A stretch of 64,000 bases of DNA from Camelus ferus (taxonomy: Eukaryota). Positions within the stretch are counted from its first letter, which is position 1; the number at the start of each line of letters is the position of its first letter. The stretch is from the NCBI RefSeq assembly GCF_009834535.1, contig NC_045697.1, positions 102,302,001 through 102,366,000 of the forward strand, written 5' to 3'. The position numbers and the translations under genes were made by a program. Below the pieces are notes generated by a model that was not told the origin of the DNA, did no database searches, and was given only the letters and a program-made list of their open reading frames with translations. Positions 25,600 to 37,612 of this stretch are shown here, in pieces.

Positions 25600-27500
25600 T
25601 TTCTCAATTGTTTTAAGCTGCAGTCACCAGGGACTCTGACACGTGCGATGTTTGAAAGCCAGTGACTTGGACTAGCCCAGGGTGTTCTGTGGTCCTTGGG
25701 GTACAAATTACTATTGAGGCACATTTTCAAAGGGCTCGCTGCGTTTTGGAGCCACAGACATCAGAGGGATCCACTTCTCAGTTGTGCACATTTGTGAGTC
25801 CAGCAGAAGCCAACGTGCTGCAACAGCCACAGCAGGTATTACACCGACTGTAAAGACCATCCATCTTAGTCAAAATTACAAACAGGTCTCCTGTCTCCCT
25901 CCTCCCCCCTTCATCCATCCCCTTCCCTCACTGCCAAGGAATCGAGGTGGAGCAAAATGCGTTCATTCCTCTGCGCCCAGAACGCTGCTGCCGCAGGGTA
26001 GGGGGACCCTCACTGCATCAAAGGGTCCTCTCCAGCCGGCAGCGTGTGGCAAAGGGAACTTTCACTCCATGGCCGGCTCTCTCCCTCTCTTTCCCTTTTT
26101 CTTTCTTTCACTATTAGGCATTCTTTTATAGTTTCAGATTAGCATTAAAGAACAGTCACACAGCGATTCACGGCGGCGATCAACAGCGGGGGGATAAAAA
26201 AAAAGGATACCTCCACAATAACTCTACAAAATGCACACACTGGCACGTTTTAAATGAGTCTTTAGTAACAGAGGGAAGGGGAAAAAAAAAAGCATATGAG
26301 GTAAATCCTTCACCGGGTAACTCACCAGGGAGACTGGCAAAAATAAATTGCACAGCTCTCATTTTCCTAGCAACTCCCATGCTATTCTTTGAAACTGAGT
26401 ACGAACCCCTTGGCCTAATCCCAAGAGCCGATCTATAGTAAATAGTGCACACTTAATGCCTAAGTTCCTTTTTAGCACCATTCAGACAGTGACTTCAGCC
26501 GCAGAACTTAGTCATAGCAGACATTTTTGTGGTGAAAGCATTAAACCCACATGCAGCTCTCTTTCTGTGGCCATGGGGGTCATGCTCCCTTCCCATTAGC
26601 TGAATAAATCATAAAGTCGGCTCAGACCACCCAAGGAGCACGACCAGAGAGCCACAGGCGATGCCTACAGCCGCTTATTTCTTTTCAGAATCTACAGGGG
26701 GAGGAAAAAAAAAAAAGCACCGAAAAAGAAAAACAAGAAAAAACACTGCAAAACAGACGGGGCCGTAGGAAATCATTGGATTTTTTTTTTTTTTTTAATT
26801 TGGATCTCTGGGAGAGTAACGCCGAGACTTCTTGTTTATTTGTTTATTTATTTTGTTCCAACCAGGGAGCCTGACTCAAGAAGGAAAGTAGTACAAAAAT
26901 AAAGACCCGGGCATGCCTTTTGTCATAGGCTGGAGTTTGCTGACAAATTTTTCTCCCCCCGGTGGATTTTAAATTAAGGAAGGCCGCCCTGTGTGGCCGG
27001 GCTCTTCAGGTGGTTCTGATAAGACACGATGCAGACGCTACCCCGGGGCCGGGCGCGGGGCGGGGGGGCGCTGCGCATCCGGCGAGGTGATGCGACCGAA
27101 CCAGGATTTTAGCGAGGAAGCGAACGTGTTGTGTAATGTTCCCCGCCTCAAATGATTCACTCTTCTGGGGAGGAGGATGGTCGGGGAGGAAGGTCTGCGA
27201 AGTCAAGTTCCCATCAATCAGTAAATGAGATAAGAAACAGGAATTTTAAACACAACTATTAGCAGGCGACTCATATCGCATCAACAAACCGCAGCTCATT
27301 ATGTTAAGCGGTCTCTGCGGGGGAGGAGGAGGAGGAGGAGGGGGAGGAGGTATTGGGGTTTTTGACTTGCATTTTTAAAAAAGCGCCCTGAACTTTAAAC
27401 AACTCTGCCAAAGTCTAATAGGCGACTGAAATTGTGACTGTTTTCTCCCCTCAAACTGTTACCCCTTCCCCTAAGTAAAATATGGCAGAAAGGGAAGTAC
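25600..27500. promoter_or_regulatory. TE-free, CpG-enriched regulatory block; candidate promoter or developmental enhancer
   Basis: CpG-dense core at about 26960-27200. Motifs: TGATTGATGG (minus, 27211-27220), TGATTTAT (minus, 26604-26611), CCTTTGATG (minus, 26016-26024), tandem TGTTTAT (26833, 26841), TGACTCA (26872), GATAAG (27018, 27229), a GC box and G4 at 27045-27068, and (GGA)n at about 27320-27351. Confidence 0.55.
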
Positions 27501-29157
27501 ATTCAACGTGGATTTCTAATGATTTCCCTAAGACTGCCATCAGGTAGTATTCAGGATCCTGAAAGAATTCGAAGCTAAATGAGGATTCAGTCCTGTGTGT
27601 CTCCGTGAACGTCCTCCTTGGTGTCTGACAAATTTCAGCTTGTCATCTTGAGCCTTGTTTGTAAGTTTTCATTTTTTATTGAAGAGAATGTCTTAAAATA
27701 ATAGGCAATATTTAACTTTTGACTAACATCAGGATAATGCAGGTAATTTCTCCATGAGAAACTATGCAAAACTGCCTAAAAACTCTCCAAAGCCGTGGTC
27801 TTCAGTGGCCCTCATAGTGCTCAGCAAGAGACGGCCAGCCTGTCTACACTGGACACATTACACGGTGATTTTGTGACTCATGCCATCAGGGAGGAGGGCA
27901 AGGTCCCTTATATCATTTGTGACCTAACATGTGAGTTGTTGGCTCATTGTGAAGCAATTCTAACGGTCAGCAGTCCGAGTCCTAGAAACCACAGCAAGAG
28001 GGCCAGTGGATCCACCTAGAGACACCCTGTGGCCCATTAAAAATGTGGTCATTTGAATCTTCATTTGCCAGATTACATACAGCTTTCACTAGGTTGTAAA
28101 AATCTCCTTCCACCGTGAACCAAAGGCACTGTAAACAAAACCATTCACTCACAAACGTTCACTCATCCTTGAGGAATGACTTTTCATTTCTCTTTTTTTA
28201 CGCACGCATTTTCCACATCATTGAGAAATAAAACATTCTTGAGCAGATGTTCTGAAGCCTCCTTCCTGAGTCAGAGTGCCTGGAAGAATTAGGCCAACTG
28301 TAGCACGGGCTCTAGCTGCTTATCTGAGACGCACCCAACTCCTCTTGGAGACGGGACTGCATCTCTGTCATCACACAGCACAGACCAAGGGGTCTGTATC
28401 TGTGCCTGGGGGGCTCCCTGTATTGAGGGAGAAGGTAGACAGTTTCAAAGAAAATAGTCCAGAAGAAACAGAAACAGATGACATTTTTTAAAAATTTGGA
28501 AACAGACTCCTTTCATTATTAATAGGCCTCAGTCACTTGGGAGATGAGCTCTTGCGCTGTATAATTGGTAACTTTCTCTCATTTGGTTAACCTCTGCCAG
28601 AATGAATTTTGTGTGTGTTGCTAAAACTGTGTGCGCGCATCCTGAGGGTCCTGTGTATAAACAATACCATTTGGATACACATAGACTGGAAATTTTTATC
28701 CCTGTAGGCTGTGAGGTGAAACACTGAGAAACTGGAACTTCGAGTCACGGCACTTAAAAGATAGTGGCGTTGAAGTGGATCACGTGACTTCATAAACAAT
28801 ACGGTTTTAAAAACAAATCACCACCTCTGGCCTCACACTGACCACGTTTCTCAAGACAGGATTTGAGGGGCACTACCCCTCTCTCTTTTCTTGTCCTGGG
28901 TTCTATTCTCTGCCCAGACTGTCTCCTGCCAATTTTCCTTTGCCTTCTCCCCAAAGTCTACCTGCCCCCCCCACCTTAGTACAGCTGAACTCCGTCATGA
29001 AAAAAGCAGCTACTAATAACATGAGTTACAGACTAGGTGAAAAATCCAAATATACTACAAAATCAGCATACCTTTCTTCCCTAGTCTAAAGCCTGACATT
29101 AATGAACAATAATATCTTTATTAATTGTAACCACCACCACCACCACCACCAAGCACT

Positions 29158-29226
29158 AATCAAGTGGAACCATATGAAACTGCCTACATTCAACAGTGTT
29201 TTGGTCTACATTTTGATTTATCCTTA
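29158..29226. mobile_element. MADE2-like mariner MITE fragment
   Basis: 'aaccatatgaaactgcc...attcaac...ttttggtctaca' matches the recalled MADE2 sequence. Confidence 0.6.
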
Positions 29227-29297
29227 GATAGAGAACCTACCAGATGCCTGTTACTATCAGAGGTAACAGAGGCATGATATTAAAAAAAAAAAAAAAA

Positions 29298-29410
29298 AGC
29301 AACAGAGCTTTGAATCCCAGTTTAACACCAGCTGTGTAACCTTGGGCAAAATGTGTGATCTTTCAGACTCAGTTTTTACGTATAAATTGGGGATAATGAT
29401 GGTCCCTCCA
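29298..29410 (+). mobile_element. MIR fragment
   Basis: 'tttgaatcccag...cagctgtgtaaccttgggcaa...ctcagtttt...ggggataatga'. Confidence 0.7.
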
Positions 29411-30439
29411 CAAGAGCTGGCTATAATTATGTCCTAGAGGCAGAAGGATGATGAGACATGGACCCTGCCTTTGTGAGCCCCATGGTCTTGTGAGGACATA
29501 TGATGTGGTGAGTCCACGGCTGTTGCTAGCTTACGTGGTGACTTTGAATTAATTAGCAAGGGATATGCACCAGAATGGACGAACTTGCCCTGAGAACAGG
29601 GGTCTTCCTTGTTGTGCACAAAGTGCCACAACCCTCTGCGGTAGTCCCAGTGAGGGCTGAGGTGGAGGCGGGCCCAGGGTACTCTGACAGCATGTTAGGT
29701 GGGCGTTCAGCCCACTGGGGGTTCCCTTTAATAAAACTAGACATTTTTGCGACAATCCAGACTCAGAACATAAGCAAATAAATGACACTAAAGACAGATC
29801 ATTGATTAGAAAATCCTTGACTTGTGTGTGTTGTCAGTTGTGAGTGGCTCCCCTGGGAGTTGGGAACATGCATTTCTTCCCCGTTCTTCTTTCCTTCCCA
29901 GCGCCAGAGACCTGTGGCTTCTCAGTATCCTTACACCTTCAGGCAAGTTTCTGATTCTGCCCGGCCTCTATTTTAGCCCTCGACACTCAGGTTTTGAATA
30001 CAAGACCTTTGGGCTCATAGCCAAGTCCTGTAGGCAGGTTCCCAAGCATCCTACTCATTTCTTACCTAGTATTTCCACCTTCTTCCCAGAGGCTCCTCAG
30101 CTCAGCACCCTGCCTGTAACAAAACACCAGGGGATTCCCTGAATTTAGGCATTCCTCTAAAGTGCTCCAAAACTATCGTAACTATCTGAGCGTACCTTCC
30201 CTTCTGGACCTGGGGAGTCTTTTTCTTCTCTTTGTATCTTGTTTTATTAGTACATATAAAACCTCAAAAACATATATGGAGTGTGGAAGAAACCATCACC
30301 TTGTGTTCTGTTTCAGAAAGACCTGGGGAGGGAGGGAATGTCTACCCTGGGAAAGAGGTGATGTCTGTGGACAGGAGAAGGTGGAACACGTGGTCCACAC
30401 ATGTGGACCACGAGGCAAGACTAACAGATAAATGGATTA

Positions 30440-31575
30440 TTTCTTGACAGTGTAATGTGAGATGCGAAGAAATTGCCTACACTGCATAGAAACAAAGTAG
30501 AGGGTGGGAGGTAGGCTAAAGATTCAGAAGAGTGAAGGGATACATGAAGGAGCAAGATGTGAGAAAATGGTCAAAAGTAAAAGTGGAGAAATAGGTCCTA
30601 CGTGGGGAAAATGACCCTCAACCCATGAATGGAGGCAAGGAGGTAACTGTGGAAGCGAAGCTGCGGATGGTGTTGAGGTATGGGTGGGTGGACATTAAGT
30701 AGTTCCTGCTCAGTGGTCCAGCTTGTACTGGAAACAAAGCCATCTGTGTTTGGGGGTGAAAGGCGGACAATTATAAAGGATGGACAAGGCTTAGACCATC
30801 CATGAGAAGAATGAGACAGCTGAAAATGAGAAGTAAAGAGAGGGGTAAACAGCCCAAAAACTCCAAATGAGTTGAGAAGGCAAGAGATTGCCATGATGCC
30901 AATCATCCTGGCTGTGCAATTTCCTTCTACAGCACTGAGCTCCCAAGGACGAAGCTTAGAGGTAGATATTCACTTGATCCAGGCTGGGGGCTCAACAATA
31001 TCATAAGTACTGGTAAGAGTAAATTGTGATTGACGAGGAGGTCTAGTTTGGGCAAACACTCCTTAGAGCTGTTAGGATGCAGTTCAGAATCCTTAAACAC
31101 TAACCCAATAACCCACATGATTTGCCCCTTACCACACCTCTATCAGCCTTTATTCTCTGGCACAGCTTCTGTGCTCCATACTCACTGGGATATTATCAAT
31201 TCCTTTGCATACTTTGAAAATGCAAATATCTCACACGTCCGAGTTTTTAAATCCTCTGATCCCTCTGCAGGAATACCCTTCTTCACGCTCCGCCTGGCTA
31301 GCTTTGCCTAGGTCTTCAATTTCTATTTAACTGTAGAAACCATCTCAGAGACAAGTTTCTCAGAGAAACCTTTTTAGATCCCCAGACTAGGTAAGCTCCC
31401 CCTGCACCTACACTCTGTTCCCTGATGTTCACCATGCTCGTAATTACTCGCCCACTATCTTCTTCCTCTCTATGTTGCAAGTCCATTAAGCACAGTTCTC
31501 ATAGTTCCTATCGCAACCTGTGTCTTTCATGATGCTCTACTCAGAGCTGATTCTCAATGAACATTTGTTGAGAAA
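30440..31575. mobile_element. L2 remnants in both orientations
   Basis: Purine-rich antisense block at about 30450-31020, and an L2 3' end 'ctcaatgaacatttgttga' near 31560. Boundaries are approximate. Confidence 0.45.
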
Positions 31576-32214
31576 ACAACCAGGTGAGTTGGTCATTCCA
31601 ACAGGCACCTGCAAGGCTGCAAGTCAGGAAATCAGAGAGCGCGCAGCAGGAGATGATGGGGGTAGGTTAGAGATACAGTGCTCACAGTTGAAGAGGATTT
31701 TTACAAAATTCCTCAAGGTGCCAAGAGGAGACAATTGCCTGATGTGAGTGATGGGCCTTGGAGCTGTCAAGGAACTGAAGGCTGGTGTAAGCAATGCTTT
31801 CTTTGTTCAAGTGATTGAAAGCATTCAAAATATTAGTGCAACTGTGGCTTGGAAAGCAGCATAAAAATCTCAGGTCCCGAATCTTTAGAGAATAATGGAG
31901 AACGACCGGAAAATCAGTAGATATAATACCCAAGGAAAAGTGGGTGGTCAGAGCTATTTGGTTTGCAGTTCAAGGGAAGAGAGAGAAGCAAGATCATCAT
32001 CAAGATTTCCAGCTCACTGGACCAGGGCCAGCCTGCGGCGGGGAATTAGCATTGTAGCACTGTGGTGGCTCTAAATATTCATTGAAAGTACAGAGCATAT
32101 ATATAATTTAGAAAGGTTTTAACAAGATCCTAAACTAAGTGGCATTTTCTGATCAACAAATGGCTAATCAATTCATTAAATTAGACTGAAAACTGTATTT
32201 CCAAAGCATTTTCT

Positions 32215-32356
32215 TGTTAGGATCTGTCTCTCAGTTGGGGTAAGCCCCCTGAAAGTGTCATGTTGATCTGCTTTGTTCGTTACTACATCTTTAGTGTCTA
32301 AACAGGGCCAGATGCATGGTGGACACTCAGTAAACTTTTCTTAAATAAATGAATCC
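32215..32356 (+). mobile_element. L2 3' end
   Basis: 'tctgctttgttc...agtgtctaaacagggcc...ggtggacactcagtaaac...aataaatgaat'. Confidence 0.6.
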
Positions 32357-33243
32357 CATTTAACGAAGGGTTGGTTTTCTTTTGCTATTTGTCAGACTAG
32401 TTCAGCAAGCCTTGGTGAATAAGATGTATCTTATTTTTAAATCATCTCGAAAGCTTTTTTTAGAAATATTACCGTGTCTGTGAAAGATCTGGGACTTGTT
32501 TTGTTTTCGTAGAAGATAGAAAGTAAACCTTTCTGAGAAATGATAATTAGATTGCAAGCCCTACAATATCTGTGTGCGATGTTACACACATGTCTCTAAT
32601 ATACCTTGGTTCTAAATTGTAAGCATAATGAGCGGCTTCTGCCATCTCATCAGTGCACAGGTTTAACATGCCCATGTGAACCTGAGAGCTAACTGTTCAT
32701 GAATCACTTCTCTAAGGTGCTGATTTCTTCAATGGCACTTCCAGTAATTTCCTTAGAATTCAAGCCCTTTTATTTTTTTAAATTTCAGGTTATGTTGCTA
32801 ATACTAAGTTCCTTATTTTCTTGTGAGCTTTCTCTCTTTCTTTCTTTCTTTTTTTTTTTTAAAGCTAAAATACCTCTTGAGTTGGGGGAAAAGCTTCATT
32901 TCTTTACCAACTAAGTGGTACCTTGTATCAAAGCCAATTCCTATCATGGGCAGTGCTGTAAAGTCTAATTTCTCTTTAGTAATCATTAAAATATTGCATA
33001 AGAAATTCTACTTCGGTGATCCTACTTTGAAACCTGGGCCATTCTTTTGTTTTCAATGTGGAGCCAGCAGCGGAGGCAGCCCTCAGAGGCAAAGAGGCAA
33101 AGCTGCTCTTACGACGGCTTCAGGGTCCTCGGCAGCCAGGAGAGGGGCTGAATACCATACCACAGGGTCCATTCTGCCAAAGGCTCGCGGATCTGGGGCC
33201 ATTGTGAAGCAACGGGGCATGACAGCTCTCACACGGTGCACCT

Positions 33244-33428
33244 AGGGGTGCCAGAGTTAGCAAATGAATATACAAGACGGTCAGCTAAATTAGAAGGTAA
33301 TATAAACAAGGAATAATTTTGGGTATTGTCCTAAATATTGCCTGGGACATGCTTATACTAAAATATTATTTTTTTAAAATATGAAATTCAAACGTAACAG
33401 GGCGTCCTTTATTGAATCCAGTGATCCT
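33244..33428 (+). mobile_element. MER53-like palindromic hAT MITE
   Basis: 'aggggtgccagagttagcaaat...aaatattgcctgggacatgcttatactaaa...tgaaattcaaa..taacagggcgtcc' with an internally inverted structure. Confidence 0.8.
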
Positions 33429-34199
33429 GAGGGCATCCTAGTTTTTCTGTGACCGCTCAGAGCGCTGAGATTCCCCCAAGATGTGGGCAATGAGCCACGT
33501 GGACGCCTTCAGTGGGTCTCCTGGATGTGCTATAAGGGGTGAAAGTGAATGGATCCCCAAGGGTGAGCGGGCCCGAGTATAGTAATTCTCATTGCTAGAC
33601 CTTTGCTTTTCATTTAGTCAATTAAATGAAGGTAAAAATGAGGCTTTGACAGAACAAATAGAAAAGGGGCTTTCACGGAGGTACAAGATAATGGTACAAA
33701 GCACCATTAAGGAGTCAGCCAGCTGATTCTTTGGCAGCCAGCTGCCCCATCCTCTGCCCACTTACTTCTCATGCCTATGTATTAAGGGAAGTGGGGCAAG
33801 ATTTGAGCGACTGCACTTGTAAGCATATCTCTGACAGTTTACTTTGAATAACATTGTTTGTATGGTGGGAGTGGACAGAAAAAAGAAATCATCAGTGGTG
33901 GTTTGAACGCTATTAAATGCCACCAGATAGCTCAACTGTGCAAGAAGCTTCACTTGGAAAACTCACCAACTTAGAGTTTCCTTTGTAAACCTGGAGGAAG
34001 AAACCAAAAATAGTAGGATATTGAACAATTGAACAATCGGTGAATAATGGAGACCCCACTATCTTGCATGGCAATTTCCATAACATCTCAGCTCTGGTAA
34101 TGTTTTCTTTGCAGACTCACAGCAAAATCTGAGTACAGGAAATCTGGATAGATATAGCTGATTATTCTATTTTTTTATGTCAAATGATTTTCTTCAGAC

Positions 34200-34385
34200 A
34201 TGTTGAGAATGGAAAATATAAGCTCTGTCCCAGGGCTGCCACTGGTTGTCTATCCTTAGATGAGGCATTTAATATATCTCAGGACTTCACATTCCTTATA
34301 TTTAAAATGCGAATGATAACATTCTGCCATCCTCATGGTGTACTGTGAGCAAAGCTGTGATCATAGCACCAAGTGCTTGGAAAAA
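34200..34385 (+). mobile_element. MIR SINE (degraded)
   Basis: 'ctgccactggttg...cttcacattccttatatttaaaatg..aatgataac...ctcatgg...ctgtgag'. Confidence 0.5.
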
Positions 34386-37199
34386 CACCACGAAAAGCAC
34401 CAAAACTCACTCCTGCTACTTCATTTTAACCAATGGCACAAGTGATTTAGATGCGTTACTACAGATGAATCTGGATCAGCTCCTGTACAAAGTCCAAGTG
34501 TTGGAACAAGCCAGAAAGACTGAAAAAACTGTCACTTTGGGAAAAGTTTGATTTTGAGAGCAACACTTACCAGGACCTGCATAGCTGTCTTTGGTACACA
34601 ATGCTTGTTTTTGTGCACAGATGCTTTATTTTGGATGTTAACAGTCAACACTGTATGCAAGATTGTCTTCCAATGGGAAATTATCCTGTAAATCAAAAAA
34701 ACTCAGTTTACTCAGGGTAATTGCTATATTAATGCAAAACCCTTACAACAAAATGCAGTATTATATGTGTGTAGTCAGTTTCCATGCACATAAGGCTGCT
34801 ACACGTATGTCCAGCATTTGTATAACATACTGAAAGAAATTCAAATGAACCCAACAGTATAAAGGTGACTTAAGATGCCTGACATGTCTCTAAAATATAA
34901 AAGAAGGGTAAGATATGGTCCCTGTCCACTTGAAGGTTACAATCCGTTTGGAGGAGGAAAAAAAAAAAAAAAAAAAGACATGATCGCTGCTAAGTAAAAA
35001 TACAAGAGAGTTTTAGGATTTAGTGCCCAATGAACAGTGATGACAGTTGATTTCCCTTAGACATCACGGCAGAGCATGGTCAATGCTGGGAAATGATTTT
35101 AGAGAGTTAGTCTTCAGGACTGTTAGAGAGGGGCTTGAAGAAATAAAGAAAAGAAGAAAGGTCATTCTGCCCAGGGAGGGGTGGGGCCAGTGGCCTGTTT
35201 AAGACAGTGAGAAGACTAGTTTGGCTGGTTCCAAAATTCCTGCAAGGAATAATGCACAAAAGATTAGTGCGGAAGATAAAATAAGAGATAAGGCTGAATA
35301 GGTGGACTGATTCAAGATTCTGAACATCAAGTTCTGAACATCAGGATGGGGAGTTTGGACCCCTGCAAGTGACAGATCTATTCACATGGACACACACACA
35401 CTATATACATACTTCTGTCTTGAACATAGAGCAATTGATGTCTACTCAAAATATGACTTAAAAGATTGCTACAAGAGAGGCCCCCTTCAATGCCCTGTGT
35501 TGAAACTGCAGCCATCATCAGCTTGTAGCTCTTCCATGTAGTTTTACAGGGCACATAGCTTTTGCAGTAATAATTTTCCTGATTGCCACATTCCCTATTA
35601 CTGGTTTATCTGCTGCCCCAATTTGAAATTCTGTTGCAGGATATTTTAGTTCCTTCCACTTGTAAACTGTTTCAGTGTGGCTTACTGTACAGACAATGGC
35701 CACTGTAGTTTCAGCTGTCATCCCTTCTCCACACATGTCTCACCCTGGGAATAATCTCCATTTCAACGCTGCGAGATTGGCTGCATTACAGACTTTCGTT
35801 AATTCACTCCTGCTAGTTAATGTTAACTAATGGCATAAGTGATTTTGATGAATTACAAAAGAGCCTGAATCAATTTCTGTAGCAGCTCCAAGTCCTGGAA
35901 CAGCAAGAAAGATTAGCACGAACACTGCTTTGGAAAAAGTTTTGGTTTTTGAGAGTGATGCTGGATAGAATGGTTTCTCATTCTGTGCACCCGTCTCCTG
36001 AAAGACGTCCTGGCCTTATGGATTTAATTTTATGCATCTTGGTCAATCAGCACACTGTTAGATACAGCGTTGCCAAGGAAAGAAAAATTCAGTGATGATT
36101 TTTAGCCATGTTGCCAATGAAAATCTTACATTGACTGAGTCTAACTTCCTTTGTTGAGTCTTTGAACATGGCTGTGGAATATGGATTTAATAAAAATTGA
36201 CCTATTACACCATTCTCTGTTTTAGTCCATTGGTAATGAGGAATGGATTGGCTGTGATGATGTCAATGGTGACACAATGGAACAGACCTTCATTAAGTAG
36301 CTTGGAGGTCCTCATGAACACGAGTTGGAAGCCAAGCTTTTTAAAAAGTTGCTAAGGTCCTTGAGAACAAAAGCTTCCTGAATACGGAAACCAGTCCTGG
36401 TGTCCTCTGCACTTCTGTGTCGACCAAGATGATGTCTCTATTGCTTTAAGGTCAAATCTGCCTCGTGATTGGAGAAGTTGTGCAGTGGGTTTCAGATCAG
36501 AGCACCACCAGCAGGAGTCAAGAGGGTGCCCTGGGGAAACACGGTCATTGTCTCCTTCTCATGTCCCGTGGAAAAGCTTCTGCCAACATCTAAGTAAATC
36601 CCCCACAAATGACTTAATGTGTGGAAAGCTTTTGAAGCCAAGCATAAAGTAGATACTCTAGGAGTATTTGCTATTATAAGTGTTATTGTTATCACTTATC
36701 ATAAAAATGTCTCAGCATGTATGTATGTCTTAGGGTTCAGGAATGTCGTTATCATCTTTTGGAGACCTGCCTTAGGAGATTCATTGCTTAAAATATGTTC
36801 AAAACCTAGTAGATGGCCATTTCTTTCAACCCTGGAAGGTTTTATCTGCAAAATTTGCAAATATATTTAGAAAATTTCCAAAGTTTCAATAGAAAGAACA
36901 TTTCCTTCTTTGTCCAAAATGAGAGGGTCTCCATCTTCATTACGGGTTCTGCCCCACCTGCTCGTAGGCAAGGTCTTTGACAGACACAGTCTCCCTGCTC
37001 TTTGCACTCTATCACACGTGCTTCCTAACTTCATGGCACCTCGCAGAGCTCTAGGAGGTTTATTTCGCCTTCATGGTGAGAAACGTTAAGATTCTGAAAT
37101 TTGTGTTTTCCTATTATCAGTGGACGTCCCCCCACCCCTTTTGCTTACTATTATTTGATGAAACCATCTCAAGTCCCGGTAGCAAGAACAGCTGGGTGG

Positions 37200-37612
37200 G
37201 ATCTTAGTATCTAATACCCCTTCTACCACTGTTAAAGCAGGGTAACCAGATGCCAAGTGTTCACCTTACAGGTCAGAGAAGACAATGGCATAGAAGAGGA
37301 AGTTGATGAGCAGAGCTTCCAGAAAAGTTCTTCAGTGATTCAAGGAGCTCTTTGGCTTTTCCATTATCTTTCCTCTTGCCTAGAATGTGGATGTAATGGC
37401 TAGAGCTACAGGGACCATCTTGCAAACACGAGGTGGCCTTGCCGATGGGCGTTAAGAAACCTGGATTGCTGGTGCTATTGTGGAGCCTCCAATCCCTGAA
37501 CTGCCCACCCCAGACTCGATTTTACATAAGAAAGAAACAAATCCCTGAGTTAGTGTAGGCTTTCTTCCCTTTTATCTCAATTCCTAAGGGACTATGGTAA
37601 TGTCTAACTGAC
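37200..37612 (+). mobile_element. Old MLT1 (J/K-like) LTR
   Basis: 'ttcctcttgcctagaatgtggatgtaatggctagagctacag..accatcttg...aagaaacctgg...ctgcccacc..cagact'. Confidence 0.6.

Noticed and set aside
26001..26031. Hairpin gggggaccct...agggtcctct as a possible structured RNA or miRNA
   Set aside because: The stem is only about 10 bp with GU pairs, far shorter than a pre-miRNA.
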